A DNA stretch of 63,687 nucleotides, counting the filler, from Hausera hauseri (taxonomy: Eukaryota): assembly GCA_046269625.1 (NCBI GenBank). It is 12 parts of 12 records of this genome, joined end to end, with 100 filler letters (N's around TTAATTAATTAA, not from the genome) between each part and the next. Parts side by side here need not be neighbours in the genome. Positions count along the whole stretch, not along the records: positions 24,629 to 29,082 come from JBJURY010573116.1; positions 29,183 to 34,060 come from JBJURY010405479.1; positions 34,161 to 38,183 come from JBJURY010811976.1; 9 more parts are not named here. One strand, 5' to 3'. The position numbers and the translations under genes are program-made. The notes under the pieces were generated by a model. The model was not told the origin of the DNA. It was given only the letters and a program-made list of their open reading frames with translations, and ran no database searches. Position 1 is the stretch's first letter, and each line of letters starts with the position of its first letter. Below, in pieces: positions 26,705 through 38,283 of the stretch.

Positions 26705-27371
26705 CCTGAGTTCTCCAGTCTAATTCATCGTATAGTGACAAATTTGGATTATTAATGGTCTCTTCATTTTCCTTGTCAGATTTTGTTTTACCGTCTTCAG
26801 TATATTTTTTGGATACTTTAAAATTTCGGAAGGAAGTTGGCGGTACTTCAGAATTGTTATTGACTTGTTGAATAAATAATGGTTCCATCTGCTCAACCTG
26901 TTTATACGGAACGACGATTATCGAATCATCCGTTAGCTTATATTTCAAAAGATCTTTCACAGGATATGATCTAATACATTCTGCTTGAATGTCAGCCAAG
27001 GGTTTCAGGCGTTTGTTCTTTGTAGGAATTATAAAATCTCGGTTTAAACCAATTAGACGTGAAGCTTGATCGGCAATATTATTGAATGTTAGACTGTCGC
27101 GATACATCATTTGTAACTGACCGTCAAGACTATTGAACATCAAACAAGGTTTCTTCTGCAATATTTTATAGGATTCTTCAAAAAGTTTGTCACATGTATT
27201 AGATTCACTAAGGTATTCCATGAACTTTCCCATTAGCAAAGATGTCATTTCTTTAAGCATTGGTAATAGTTTACAATCGGGTAATTGTGTACTCCATTTT
27301 ATATCACTTTTACTATCAGACATTTGTCGACCACAATGCATGAATTCCGACATTGCGTTATCTGAATATTG

Positions 27372-27835
27372 TTAACTAGATTCATTACTATCTGAGGTAT
27401 TCTGAGTATCGATTGGTAGTTTCTTATTCTTCAGGATTATTTTATTTTTCAATTGATTTGGAGATGGAAGGCAGTTTTCTTTATTACACTTTATAGTAGT
27501 CTTTAATAAGTCATCTTTGAATGTTTCTTGTACCACCTGAGAAATTATAATCTGTTGTTGAATATTGCAATGATCTTCAAGGGAGAGAATTAATGAGTAG
27601 TCTGATAGATACCACGAAAAATTATTGATAACCTTCAATGCATCAATTAGTTGAATTTTTGACGTCAGTGTATATTCTTGGTAGATAATAGGTTCTCGTT
27701 CACCATTCCAACAGTCTAATTCAACGCAACGGCAACCCATTTGAATGCATCTAAAGTAGGCTTCACAAGACGATTTACTTGCTAGTTGATCACCGGTAAG
27801 TTATGAATTATGTGAAGTAGAAATATAATATGATG
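27372..27835 (-). pseudogene. Phosphoinositide phospholipase C X-domain fragment (PLC-gamma-like)
   Basis: [57 protein letters not shown]. Confidence 0.9.
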
Positions 27836-28040
27836 ACAAGCTTTGATCCACATCTTGATAAACTGTCTTTTCTTGCTACAACTTCAAACATTTTGAAGTT
27901 CATTCGTAATCTCTCTCTCTTAGTTCTGGGATCATCATTGTCAAATTCTGTTTCCGGTACAATATCGGTGTCGTGATCATCGTCATATACTTCCATTTTT
28001 ACTATTATAAAGTGGTAGAAGTATTTTGTAATTACATTCA

Positions 28041-28146
28041 TGAAGCGGGAGATCGGGCCCGACTATTGGCCCGACGCGGCGGCAACGGATGCCCGGCCGC
28101 GTCTGATTAAATAGGCCAAAGGGCATAGGCCGCTGTGGGCACCATA
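28041..28146 (-). repeat. 3' LTR head, family 1, directly after a PPT
   Basis: Minus strand reads TTTGCCACGGGGGGG-TGA-TATGGTGCCC. Confidence 0.85.
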
Positions 28147-29082
28147 TCACCCCCCCGTGGCAAAGTGAAAACTATGAAGACCAAAATAGACGGAAAGAAA
28201 AAATCGCTAAACGAAAAAGTGTATGTGTCAGTTGATCTTAGTGTGGACAAGACGTTGGGTGCCTTCTAGTAATTTTTCCCTGCTCTATTTGCTGAATGTG
28301 ACTCTGCGTGTTTTGTCTTTATACTGTGTGTTTGATTGCAGTTTGAAGTTGGAAAAAAATTGTCGGATTTTTTGTGAGTGTTATATCGTGCGAAGACGAA
28401 TCAGAATGAAGAGAAGAAGACAGTGAAGGAGGAAGAAAGATTGTTGAAGACGGAGGAATGATTGAAGGTGTAGTGGCGGATAAAGGAAGATGGAAGGAAG
28501 TTGAAGTAGAAATCGGAAGACAATTTTGTGAAAGATTGGAAGTGGAAGATAAAACAGAGGTAGTGGTAGAGAGAGGAAGAGAAATAGGGATAGAAGCAAA
28601 GAGAGGAGGAAGTTGTGAACGGGAAGTGAAAGGAGTAAAAGATGATATGTGAGAAGAAAAGGGGAAGAAAGCGTCGAAGATGAGGAAGGTGTGGAATGAA
28701 AAGAAAAGAGAAAGAAAACGGTGAAGAGGTACAAGGCGAAAGAGAGCGAGGAAATGGAGAAGGCAAAGGAAAAGAGTTGGAGGGTGATGTGAAAGAGGTT
28801 GGAATGATGAAAGATGTAGATGGAGAGATTGGTGAAGTCGAAATGGTGTTTGATGGAGGGAGTGCTGTAAAAGTAGAAAGCATGTTGTTGTAAGGAGATG
28901 AAGGATGTGGTTGAAGGCTTAAAGATGCAAAATCGGGTGGGAAGAAAGAGGCTGAATTGTGAGAAGAAATTGAAGTGGAAGTTTTGGGAGAAAACTTAAG
29001 CAAAAGTGGATTAAGAAATTGAGCAGAGATGGAAGGTGGATTGTTAGATTGCTGCGCATCGTGTAAAGATGTTGGTAGAGAA
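28147..29082 (-). mobile_element. 3' end of a Gypsy element (Ser/Pro-rich pol tail, 3' UTR, PPT at 28150-28162)
   Basis: Pro/Ser-rich tail like the integrase tail at 35719-36078; PPT context CTTTGCCA..GGGGG shared with 35444-35457. Confidence 0.65.
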
Positions 29083-29182
29083 NNNNNNNNNNNNNNNNNN
29101 NNNNNNNNNNNNNNNNNNNNNNNNNNTTAATTAATTAANNNNNNNNNNNNNNNNNNNNNNNNNNNNNNNNNNNNNNNNNNNN

Positions 29183-30407
29183 CGTTTACGTACTTCAGTC
29201 CCCTTGTATTTCTCTAGACCAGTGATTATTTCCTCAAAGCGACTGTCACAAACGTTCATGATGGAGGCTGGCACATGAAGTGTTGTTTTAAGGTTGGGAC
29301 TGATATCAACAGTTTGACCTAATACATACAGATGTCCTTGAAGTTTTCTACAAGCTGCAAAACCATCGGTTGGATTTTCAAAATCAATAAATCCTACCTG
29401 AAATATACTATTATCTTTGGCTGACAATAGTTTTATGGTAAACTTATCTTGGGATACATATTTTGAAAACTGGTCTGACAAATGGTTCTTTATGCCATTC
29501 ATGTCTTTCTGTGATACAGCCTGTGCCCGTTCTCGGACAACAGTTACATGTATATCATTCTTCAGATTATCATCATATTCCAAAATATCCATCACATGCC
29601 TCTTAATTTCCATTTCTTGTGCCTGGCCAGTGTTAAAACAAACTAGATCATTTCCTTTACCAGAAACTTTAATTTCACGCAATCCATTTGGAAGATCAAG
29701 GCACTTACCAATCAAATCAGCCTTCTCAATTGGGGGACACTTAATAAAAGCAGTACCATTTCCTTTTATAGGTCTTCGGCACCAGGTCAGTTTTGCTTCA
29801 AATCTGCTTACCATTTTCTTAGACTGTCTGTCTATTTTCAAAAAAGCAACGTTTTCTTCATCATTACGAGTGTTAGCTACAGCAGTCTGTGCTTCAGCAA
29901 AGGAGCTATACTTGATGAATCCCCAGGGATCTGATCGTTTAAATCTCACGCATTCTTTGATGTCCCCAAAATCTTTAAACTTGGCCCTGATCATTTCCTC
30001 TGTAGTGTCAAAATTAGATTTTTTAATAAGAATTTTATTGCTCTGATTTGGCATAAAAAGAGACTGTACACACCCTCCTTGACCAAGGACAACTCGGACG
30101 CCACTCGGATCTGTTCCCGTTTTATTTGAAATTGAAATTTCAGCTTCATCTGATTTAAGAATCTTGGTAACTTCATTCTTTTTCATGGCAATTTGTTCAG
30201 CAATATTCACATTCATGGCTGAAGTTGAGAAGATATCAACTGTCCCAAGCTCTCTATCTGCTTCCACAACCACCGCTTTCATGCCAGCATTTGTCATGTC
30301 ATCTTCCCAGACTCGCAGCTGTGAGTATCTTGCACCTACCAACTTTCCAAATGTTAATGATCCAACTTTTTCCGTGTGAACCAGTTTGGTTTGTAAACAT
30401 TTGGCCA
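29183..30407 (-). CDS. Internal part of a large RRM-containing protein, DEAH11/12-like helicase-RBR family
   Basis: Stop-free ~400 aa; RRM (ILIKK..TTEEMIRAKFKDFGDI..WGFIKYSS..EAQTAV), LGQGGCVQ and LTWCRR motifs. Confidence 0.55.
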
Positions 30408-30734
30408 NNNNNNNNNNNNNNNNNNNNNNNNNNNNNNNNNNNNNNNNNNNNNNNNNNNNNNNNNNNNNNNNNNNNNNNNNNNNNNNNNNNNNNNNNNNNN
30501 NNNNNNNNNNNNNNNNNNNNNNNNNNNNNNNNNNNNNNNNNNNNNNNNNNNNNNNTGTCGACATTGGAAGCATAAAATTGTCATGCCTCATTCTGTGGCA
30601 GAATCCACCAGTGTTCCTTCTAAGGGAAGACGTTCAGTGAACTGCAATAGTTGCTGGGCAGCATAGTGAAAAGATGAATCTTACAATTTTGTGACACGCA
30701 TTAAACTGGCTTTTATAGCAATGTATCATTACAG

Positions 30735-31205
30735 TTGTATACGACAGATCTGTCATTACAGTTGAGAAAGAGAGTCCTGCATTGTTATATCGAACCCATA
30801 CTAATGTCTGGCTGCAAATCTTGGACATTGAGTAAGAAGCTGGAAAATTCTTTGAAATCAACGGAGATGTGGTTTCTCAGAAGAATGTTGAAAATCCCGT
30901 GGACACCAAAAAGAATAAATGAAGATGTTTTACATGAAGCAAACACAGAAAGAACGCTTATCAGTAAGATCAGAAAGAGACAAACATCTTTGATTGGCCA
31001 TATTTTAAGAAAAAAAAGGTCTGGAGAACTTGGTCACCACAGGCAAAATACCAGGAAACAGGAGTAGTGGATGACAGAGAATGAAGTGTCTGGTTGGTTT
31101 GCGTGAATGGCTCAGAAGTAACTCAGCAGAGATGATTAGAGATAACAGGAATCACGTGAGGTGGAGATCCGTGACCACCCATGCTTCACATGTCACCTGA
31201 TGATT
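30735..31205 (+). mobile_element. 5'-truncated RTE-clade LINE
   Basis: C-terminal motif CYI.PIL..GC.SWTL..EMWFLRRMLKIPWT..NEDVL..IRKRQ..GHILR and a TGA-repeat tail. Confidence 0.85.
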
Positions 31206-31789
31206 ACAGCAACTAAAAATGTAATGTAGAAATCTGTTGGTACAAAAAAATGTGTAATAAATGAAATGTCAAGGTACACGGTTGTTTCACTGCTGAATAC
31301 TCACTTTCCTGGCGGTTGAATGCAAGAACTTCTATCAAAAATACGCTTTACTTTTGGGGGTATACAGACCCACCCAAAGAAGTCCCGGGTCAAAACATCC
31401 CGGATTTTGAACCATCTCGGAATCACTCCGAGGATTTATGACCAAAATTTATCATTAATCTACTGATCGCCCAAAAATTAGACAAAGAAAATTCCTCCAA
31501 ATTGAAATCACAATCAAGCGGTACAAAATTTAATCGAATATATACAAGAATTGGTAGAACTGAACAAGTGCAGGAAATAGAATTTACAGGGTCTAAATTA
31601 TGAAAATGAAATTAAGGTTGCATTGAGCACAACCGTGATGCATTTTGTAAGTTGCTGCACCCTGGCCTTTTCGGTCGGACACAATTGGGAGCTTTAATTT
31701 TACCTTTGTTGCACCGCTTTCCGGCGCTCGCTTCCTCTCCTCGGAATATCCCTGCTGCAATCAGAACTGTTTATTCATTCATCTAAAAC

Positions 31790-32100
31790 TTGATTTATTT
31801 GGATCTATCTCAAAATGAGATCAAAATAATGCCGGAGATACTTTCAAACTTTTCAAAGCTAATGACATTCAACTTACAAAACAATCACATTGAAGAGATT
31901 AAATCTTTAAACGGATTTCAGATGGTTTTACATGACCCTTTCTTGGATCCCAACAAATTAAAAATCGTTCCCGATTTGTTCGAATTAGAACAATTGCTGA
32001 TGCTCAGTTTATCAAACAAATTTTAAATCAATCCCAGAAAATATTTCGCGTTTGAAATTATCGAAATCGCTGAATTCAGAAAACAATGAAATTTGTAAAG
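31790..32100 (+). pseudogene. Leucine-rich-repeat gene fragment
   Basis: LIYLDLSQNEI..LMTFNLQNNHI..LLMLSLSN. Confidence 0.75.
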
Positions 32101-32474
32101 GATCATTCTCAATTGCTCAATTGCTGCGTATGAAACAGCGCTAATTCGTAATCGTTTGGACTTGTTTCGAAATAAAGTTGTTTATTTCACTTCTCAAAAC
32201 GTCCATTTCAAATTGAATAAATTAAATAAACTTCGCAAAATTTGAAGAAAAAGTACAAACTTCAGTGTGACTTAGGAAAAAAAGCGACAATCGGCGTCCA
32301 TCAATTTGGTACACTCAATTTTCTGTTGCACTATGTATTGAAACAATCAAATTCGTCCAAAACTCAAACGATGAATAGAGCGAAATTTGAAACTGGCCAA
32401 GTTCTTCATGAACATTTTGTGAATGACTAAAATTATCAAGCCATCAAAGTTAACAGAATTGCATGGAGTTTGTT

Positions 32475-32588
32475 TGTGGTGCCGGCGTCGACTGTTGCCC
32501 TCCGGCCCATTCGGTTGGGCACGTCCGGGTTTTCCGCCGCCGGCGTGTCGGGCGCATAGACGGGTCCCGATCTTCCGCCTCGAAAGAA
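32475..32588 (+). repeat. LTR head, family 1 (third copy)
   Basis: TGTGGTGCC..GATCTTCCGCCTCGAAAGAA. Confidence 0.8.
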
Positions 32589-32649
32589 GATAAATTCAAG
32601 AAAAAAAGAACACAAGAACATAATATCAATATTGTTTGCTCCATTTATC

Positions 32650-32860
32650 AGCCTGAAAAACCAAATCAACATTTGGATATATTTAGAAGTCTCACGTTAA
32701 AATGACACAAAAGTCTGTTAAAAACACTCCGAGAGAACTCAGCATTAATTGCGATATACAAGAAGAGAAATTGTCGGTCCATTGTCTAACACGTTCCAAA
32801 GCTAGTTGTTATCAGTGTGCTCAATTCGATGGAGAACATAGCCATTCAGACGTGGTAATT
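32650..32860 (+). pseudogene. TRIM37: B-box fragment, TRIM37-like
   Basis: QHLD..CDIQEEKLSVHCLT.SK..CYQCAQFDGEH compared with TRIM37 QQLD..[30 protein letters not shown]. Confidence 0.6.
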
Positions 32861-33505
32861 TAGGTTTCTTGATTTCAAATTAGCACTTCAAATCTACTAC
32901 TGATAAAATGTTCAAATATGTAAAGATTGCCAAACTTTACAACGCTCACATCGTTGTATGTCAACTGCGGTGTTTTAATTCTAAAAGTAGACTTGTGTTT
33001 TTAAGCACGATTCAGCTGCTGCTTATTTGTCGTTCATTTTTCAATTAATAGTCATTATTCGGCAACCTTTTGTTCCAGAAACAGATATTTCTTTTGATCC
33101 CAGAATTTTAACGTAATCAAGTGCAGTACCCGAATTTTGTACAATTCAGTAACATTTTTGTACATTTCCTGATTTTCGTTGCAGTTTTTTCTTTATCAAT
33201 TTGGACGTTTTCTCAATCCTGTAAATCTGCCGAATTAATCAATTATGTAACTTGGCATTACTTCATTTCGATTACCTGCATATTTGTTATATAAATATGA
33301 TGTGCTGAATAATCCAAAAAATTAAGACAGAAATTTGTTGTTTTAATAATAAAAAATAATTCTGCGATTTCAATTTGAATCTTTTAACTTTTGGCCATGT
33401 TGGAATTTTATCTTATTTCGAAAGCCCCTTTTTGGATTTTAATTCTGGGATGATTTTCTTTATGTATTAACAAGGATTGTTCACAATTAATAGAAACCCA
33501 ACAAA

Positions 33506-34060
33506 ATGGTGTCAGATCAATCGGTCAATTTTCAATTTCGGAACGCTTTGCAAAATATTAATTTTTTACGTGCCAAAGAGATTTCCGAAAATTCAATGGT
33601 AGAAAAACTTCTATTTCTAAAATCTCACATAGACAAAATTCGACCGTTGTCGTTGAGATTAGAACCGCTAGAAAATGTCTACAGTCTTTCATTTGCAACT
33701 GACTATGATCTGTTCAATAACTTATTTTCGACAAACAATCCATCGAGTCGCACAGTGTGGCGTTTACCAGAAATTGTAGTAGATAAATTTTGTCATACGT
33801 GCTTCGTTGCAGAATCATTGAACAGTGCAAATATAATGGACAAGAACAAATTCGTCCCTTCGTATTTCTTATATAAGGACCTATTGGTTATTATTGATCA
33901 TCATATGAACACTCTGATTCAACAGACGACAGTTTCCTCATCAACGCTATCTTCATTGCAAAGATCCGATAACATGTGTGCTGATTATGCCAATTTTCCT
34001 CGTTTTGATTCCATATATGTTCGAATAATTCGTCCTTCTAAGTGCCTATCAGATTTGTTT
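33506..34060 (+). CDS. Unknown host-like ORF fragment
   Basis: 185-aa open frame; no recognised domain. Confidence 0.3.
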
Positions 34061-34635
34061 NNNNNNNNNNNNNNNNNNNNNNNNNNNNNNNNNNNNNNNN
34101 NNNNTTAATTAATTAANNNNNNNNNNNNNNNNNNNNNNNNNNNNNNNNNNNNNNNNNNNNCGTACGCCTCAGCAGACGGTGATTGTAATAACAATAAACG
34201 TTGCGACTGTTATCCAGTTTTACTCCTTTGTTTTTTCTCTTCCATTTCATTTTATTGTTTTGTCGCCACGGTGCTATGGGACAAAGTGACGGCCTTCATT
34301 AAGGCAAACACCCCTAAATTAATATAATTCCATAATTTCCAATATTCTTGGATTTCTGCGTTTCTGCTAACACCAGAAAATACATATAATGACAATTCGT
34401 CGTTAAATGTTTTATTTCTTGAAAGTCTTTAATTTCTGTTAAACTAGACTGATAACTGACTTTTAGTTCTTGAACTGAAAAATTTGGCTATAAAAATATA
34501 AGTTCAACTTCCTGAGTAATATCGAAGTCCACGTAAGTTGAAGTTAAATGAATTAACGCTTTAATTGTCTGTTTTATGGAATTAAGCATCTCATCATTTT
34601 GATTATCAATAGCTGCTTCTGGCATTTTCAGAAAC

Positions 34636-34716
34636 TTGAGGATGACCGAGTGGTATAAGACACTGCGTTCAGGTCGCAGTCTACTTCGTGGGCGTGGGTT
34701 CGAATCCAATTCTGGA
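34636..34716 (+). tRNA. tRNA-Leu(CAG) pseudogene
   Basis: D arm TGACCGAGTGGTATAAG, anticodon arm CTGCG-TTCAGGT-CGCAG, long variable arm, GGGTTCGAATCC; acceptor stem damaged. Confidence 0.85.
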
Positions 34717-34999
34717 TTAAATCCATAAATAAACGGATTACAATAATTATGTTTGCAACAAGAGTAACTACCGTGATAGTCTGTATATTTTTTAAACTAA
34801 CAAATTCAATATTTACAAAATCCATATATTCTATTCTCAATATATTTTATTTACAATTACGAACCTCAAATAATATTTATAAATCACGATAAAAAATTAA
34901 GAACTGACACTTCAACAATTAGTTCGTCTAACTAATCAAATAGCAAACTCATATAGTTCAAATAACTAGAGCAGATGTACAGCTAGCGTATCAATACGA

Positions 35000-35090
35000 T
35001 TGCACGAAAAATAAAAGAAAACATCACATTTGCTTGTGAGATAATCAAAATAATAATCTGACAACAGTTTCCTAGCAACCAAACATACCA
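35000..35090 (-). pseudogene. Kunitz-domain-like fragment
   Basis: YYFDYLTSKCDVFFYFSC matches YYxDxxTxxCxxFxYxGC. Confidence 0.4.
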
Positions 35091-35300
35091 TGTGGGAATC
35101 AATCATAGGAATGTGGTGAACTTCGTTTATTGACTGGGTCTGTCCGTGCAATTGTCGGCGGTCGATCGAATACGTTATTACTGGATCCGTTGCCGATGAG
35201 ATAACTCTATTATTGGGATCCATGGAGTTGAATGACATTGATTTGGGAAAGGAAGATTTATTTTAGGAACACATCGTTGAGGGTGCAGGAGCTCATCGGT

Positions 35301-35438
35301 ACATACAACTAAAATCCGTCACGACAGGATGAAAATGACAAAAGTGCATCAACTCGTCGGTGATTACAAAAACAAATAACAACAAAAAAATAAAATAAAT
35401 AATAACAGTGTATTTACAGGTCCCTCTTGGTCACAACA
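35301..35438 (-). repeat. 3' LTR head, family 2 (TGTTGTGACC..CTGTAAATACACT..CCGACGAGTTG.TGCACTTTTGTC)
   Basis: Follows the PPT TTTGCCAGGGGG-AATTA; homologous to 52456-52586. Confidence 0.85.
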
Positions 35439-38183
35439 TAATTCCCCCTGGCAAAGTAAAGACTAGAGGGTATGAAAGTAGAAAGTGTGTTGAAAAGAAG
35501 CAGGCTGTCTAGGTTGTCTTCGTGTAAATAAGCCGTGTAACGTCTGCAGTGTTAATCTCCTTACTATAGGTAATATATATCACGAATTTGCGATTTTTCA
35601 ATGTCATTGAATCTGATTGATGAGTTGATGTAGGTAATAAAATGTGGGATGTCCTGGTGTAAGATGGTGTGTCTTTCAAGGGCGAAGGAGGAGCTGGAGA
35701 AGGAGATACAGGAGAAAATTAAGGACAAGTTTTAAGTTTAGGAGAAGGGGGTTTAAGACTCTGTTTCGGTAAAGGAGTAGGAATAGTGGTCGGAACGGAA
35801 GGCGGTGCAGGAGTTGTAGGAACTGCAAGGGGAAAAGTCGGAGGAGACAGAAAGGGGAAAGGTTTGACGTTGGCGATATGCACCGAAAGTTCCTTATCCT
35901 CTTTAGAAATAACGGCGTTGTGGAAGAGTAATTGGTCGAGTTTGTAAGGCCCCGAATACCGTGGTTGAAAACCGCACGGTGTTTGATTTTTTAGGCAAAC
36001 GAATTTTGCCGGATACAAGTCTTCAGGTAAATATGTTTTGTCCTTGTGAAGTAACTTGCGCCGCCCGTATTGTTTCATCTGTAGGAGTGTCGTCTATGGC
36101 AGTGAGTTCGAATAATGGTCGTACAGGAGCTCCGAATAAGGCTTCAGTAGGTGAGTCTCCTGTAGAAGTAAACGGAGTGTTCCCGCAGCCAAGCAGAACA
36201 AACGGAAGAAGATTCGTCCAACTAGTGTTGGACTCTGCAAGGATTCTTAGTGACGTTTTCAATGTTCGGTGGAAGCGTTGTAGGAGGCCGTTCGATTGGA
36301 GATGGTAAGGCGTGGTATGTATGTGATGGATCGCCAATCGGTTAACAGGGAATTTGAACAGGTTGGATTCAAACTGTGGATCCTGGTCGGTGTTGATGAA
36401 GCGAGGTGATCCAAACCTGCTAATCCATGTACGAATGAAAACGTCAGCTATGGTATCAGTGTTCGTGCTCCTCAGGGGGATGGCTTATGGCCATCGCGAG
36501 GAACGGTCCATCATGGTGAGAATGAATTGATAACCGTTATATGGAAGAAGAGGGCCAACAATGTCGATATGCACCGATTCGAAACGCGATGTGCAGGGGA
36601 AGTGGAAGAGTGGTGGCTTTAAATTCTTAGTTGTTTTGTATTTTTGGCAAGCCACACACTCCTTAACCCACGCCTGCACATCAGAACGCATTGACGGCCA
36701 AATTACTTGTCGATGGAGTAAACAAAAAGTGGCTTTAGCACAAGGGTGGTGTAGCGAATGTATGCTATTAAATGCTTGCCTTTGCAATGATGGTGCGAGA
36801 ATTATTAAGGAATGACTGGTTTGGAAGTGTCTAAAGCCACGCCGTCAACAATTGTGCAAGACTTGAAAGAATTAAGGATGTTCTGAGGTGGCTGGTTCTG
36901 TTGAAGTTGAGCTTGCGTAAAAATCGATGAAAAATTAATCGAACTAACCGGCCTAGATAAAAAGTCGGCAACCAAATTATTAACCCCATTAATATGTTGT
37001 ATGTCGAAGTTAAATGTCGATAAGTATGATATCTGTCGTTCTTGACGTGTGGAAGAATGTTTCATAGCCATGATGTTAAGTAAGGGCTTGTGATCGGTCT
37101 GTATAGTAAAATGGCGAGCGACAAGTAGGTGGGAGAAATACTTTAAAGCGAGGAAGATGGCCAATAATTCTCGATCAAACGTTGAATATCTGGTTTTAGA
37201 GGATGTTACCTTGCGAGAGAAAAATTCTAGCGGCTGATTTTCACCCTTGTAGATCTGGTGGGGTACAGCACCTACTGCAGTGGTTGAAGCGTGTCTAGTG
37301 AGGATGAGTTCTGCATCAGGCTTTGGGAAAGCGAGAATGTCGACGGTCTTAATTTCTTCGCATAGCTTATCAAACTTGTCGACAAACTCACGTGTCCACT
37401 GGATTGGCTGATGTTTTTTGCACTGCTTAAGTGTGCAAATGGTGCTATCAATTCGGCGCAATATGGTACACATTTATGTACAAAGTGTAGTGTACCAAGG
37501 TGGCTGCGCATTTCGGTGGTCGTACGTGGTAACTGGATATTTTAAGGGCTTTAATTCGGTCTGGTTGAGGAGAATGGCTGTCTGGTGAAATAACATGGCC
37601 CAAAAAGTTGATGCGCTTTTTGAAGAAATGGCACTTGTCAAAATTGACCTGGAAATTATGGTGGTTAAGGCGTTGGAATATTGCGTGAAGGTGTTCCTCG
37701 TGTTGTTTGGCCGAAAACAAAAAGATCAAAATATCATCAATATAAGGGTGCATAAACGGGAAATCTGAAAGAATCGATTCAATGTGTCACTGAAAGGTCT
37801 GTGCAGTATTTCGCAAACCGACTGGCATAAATAGGTACTCGTAGAGGCCAAAAGGAGTAGTGACAGCAGTTTTTTCTATGTCTTCGAGTGCGACCGGTAT
37901 TTGGTGGTATGCTTTGGCCAAATCGATGGTCGAATAAATAGTAGTTGAATTAAGGCGATGCAGGATGTTCTTGATGAGTGGTAAGGGGTACGCATCCATG
38001 ATTGGCAAGTTGTTCATCTGGTGGTAGTCACCGCATTGTCTAAAAGTACCGTCCTTTTTTGTATAACATGTAAAGGTGACGACCAAGGAAATTTGGAACG
38101 GCGTACAATGCCAGAGTGTTACAATTCGAGAAATTCGGCTTCTACAGCCTGTCTACGACGAGGTGACAGTGATCGTTCCTTTT
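35439..38183 (-). mobile_element. pol: CsRn1-clade Gypsy element E (RT, RNase H, integrase, PPT), degenerate
   Basis: PYIDD, YSTFDRELLA, TDHKPL, HHP..CVACQ, VHIDIVGP, RFHRTLK and GPY motifs; near-identical in stretches to 62000-63687. Confidence 0.93.
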
Positions 38184-38283
38184 NNNNNNNNNNNNNNNNN
38201 NNNNNNNNNNNNNNNNNNNNNNNNNNNTTAATTAATTAANNNNNNNNNNNNNNNNNNNNNNNNNNNNNNNNNNNNNNNNNNNN

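Noticed and set aside
28381-29003. Overlapping hydrophobic and charged ORFs as genes
   Set aside because: Artefacts of strong purine/pyrimidine strand skew in the pol tail
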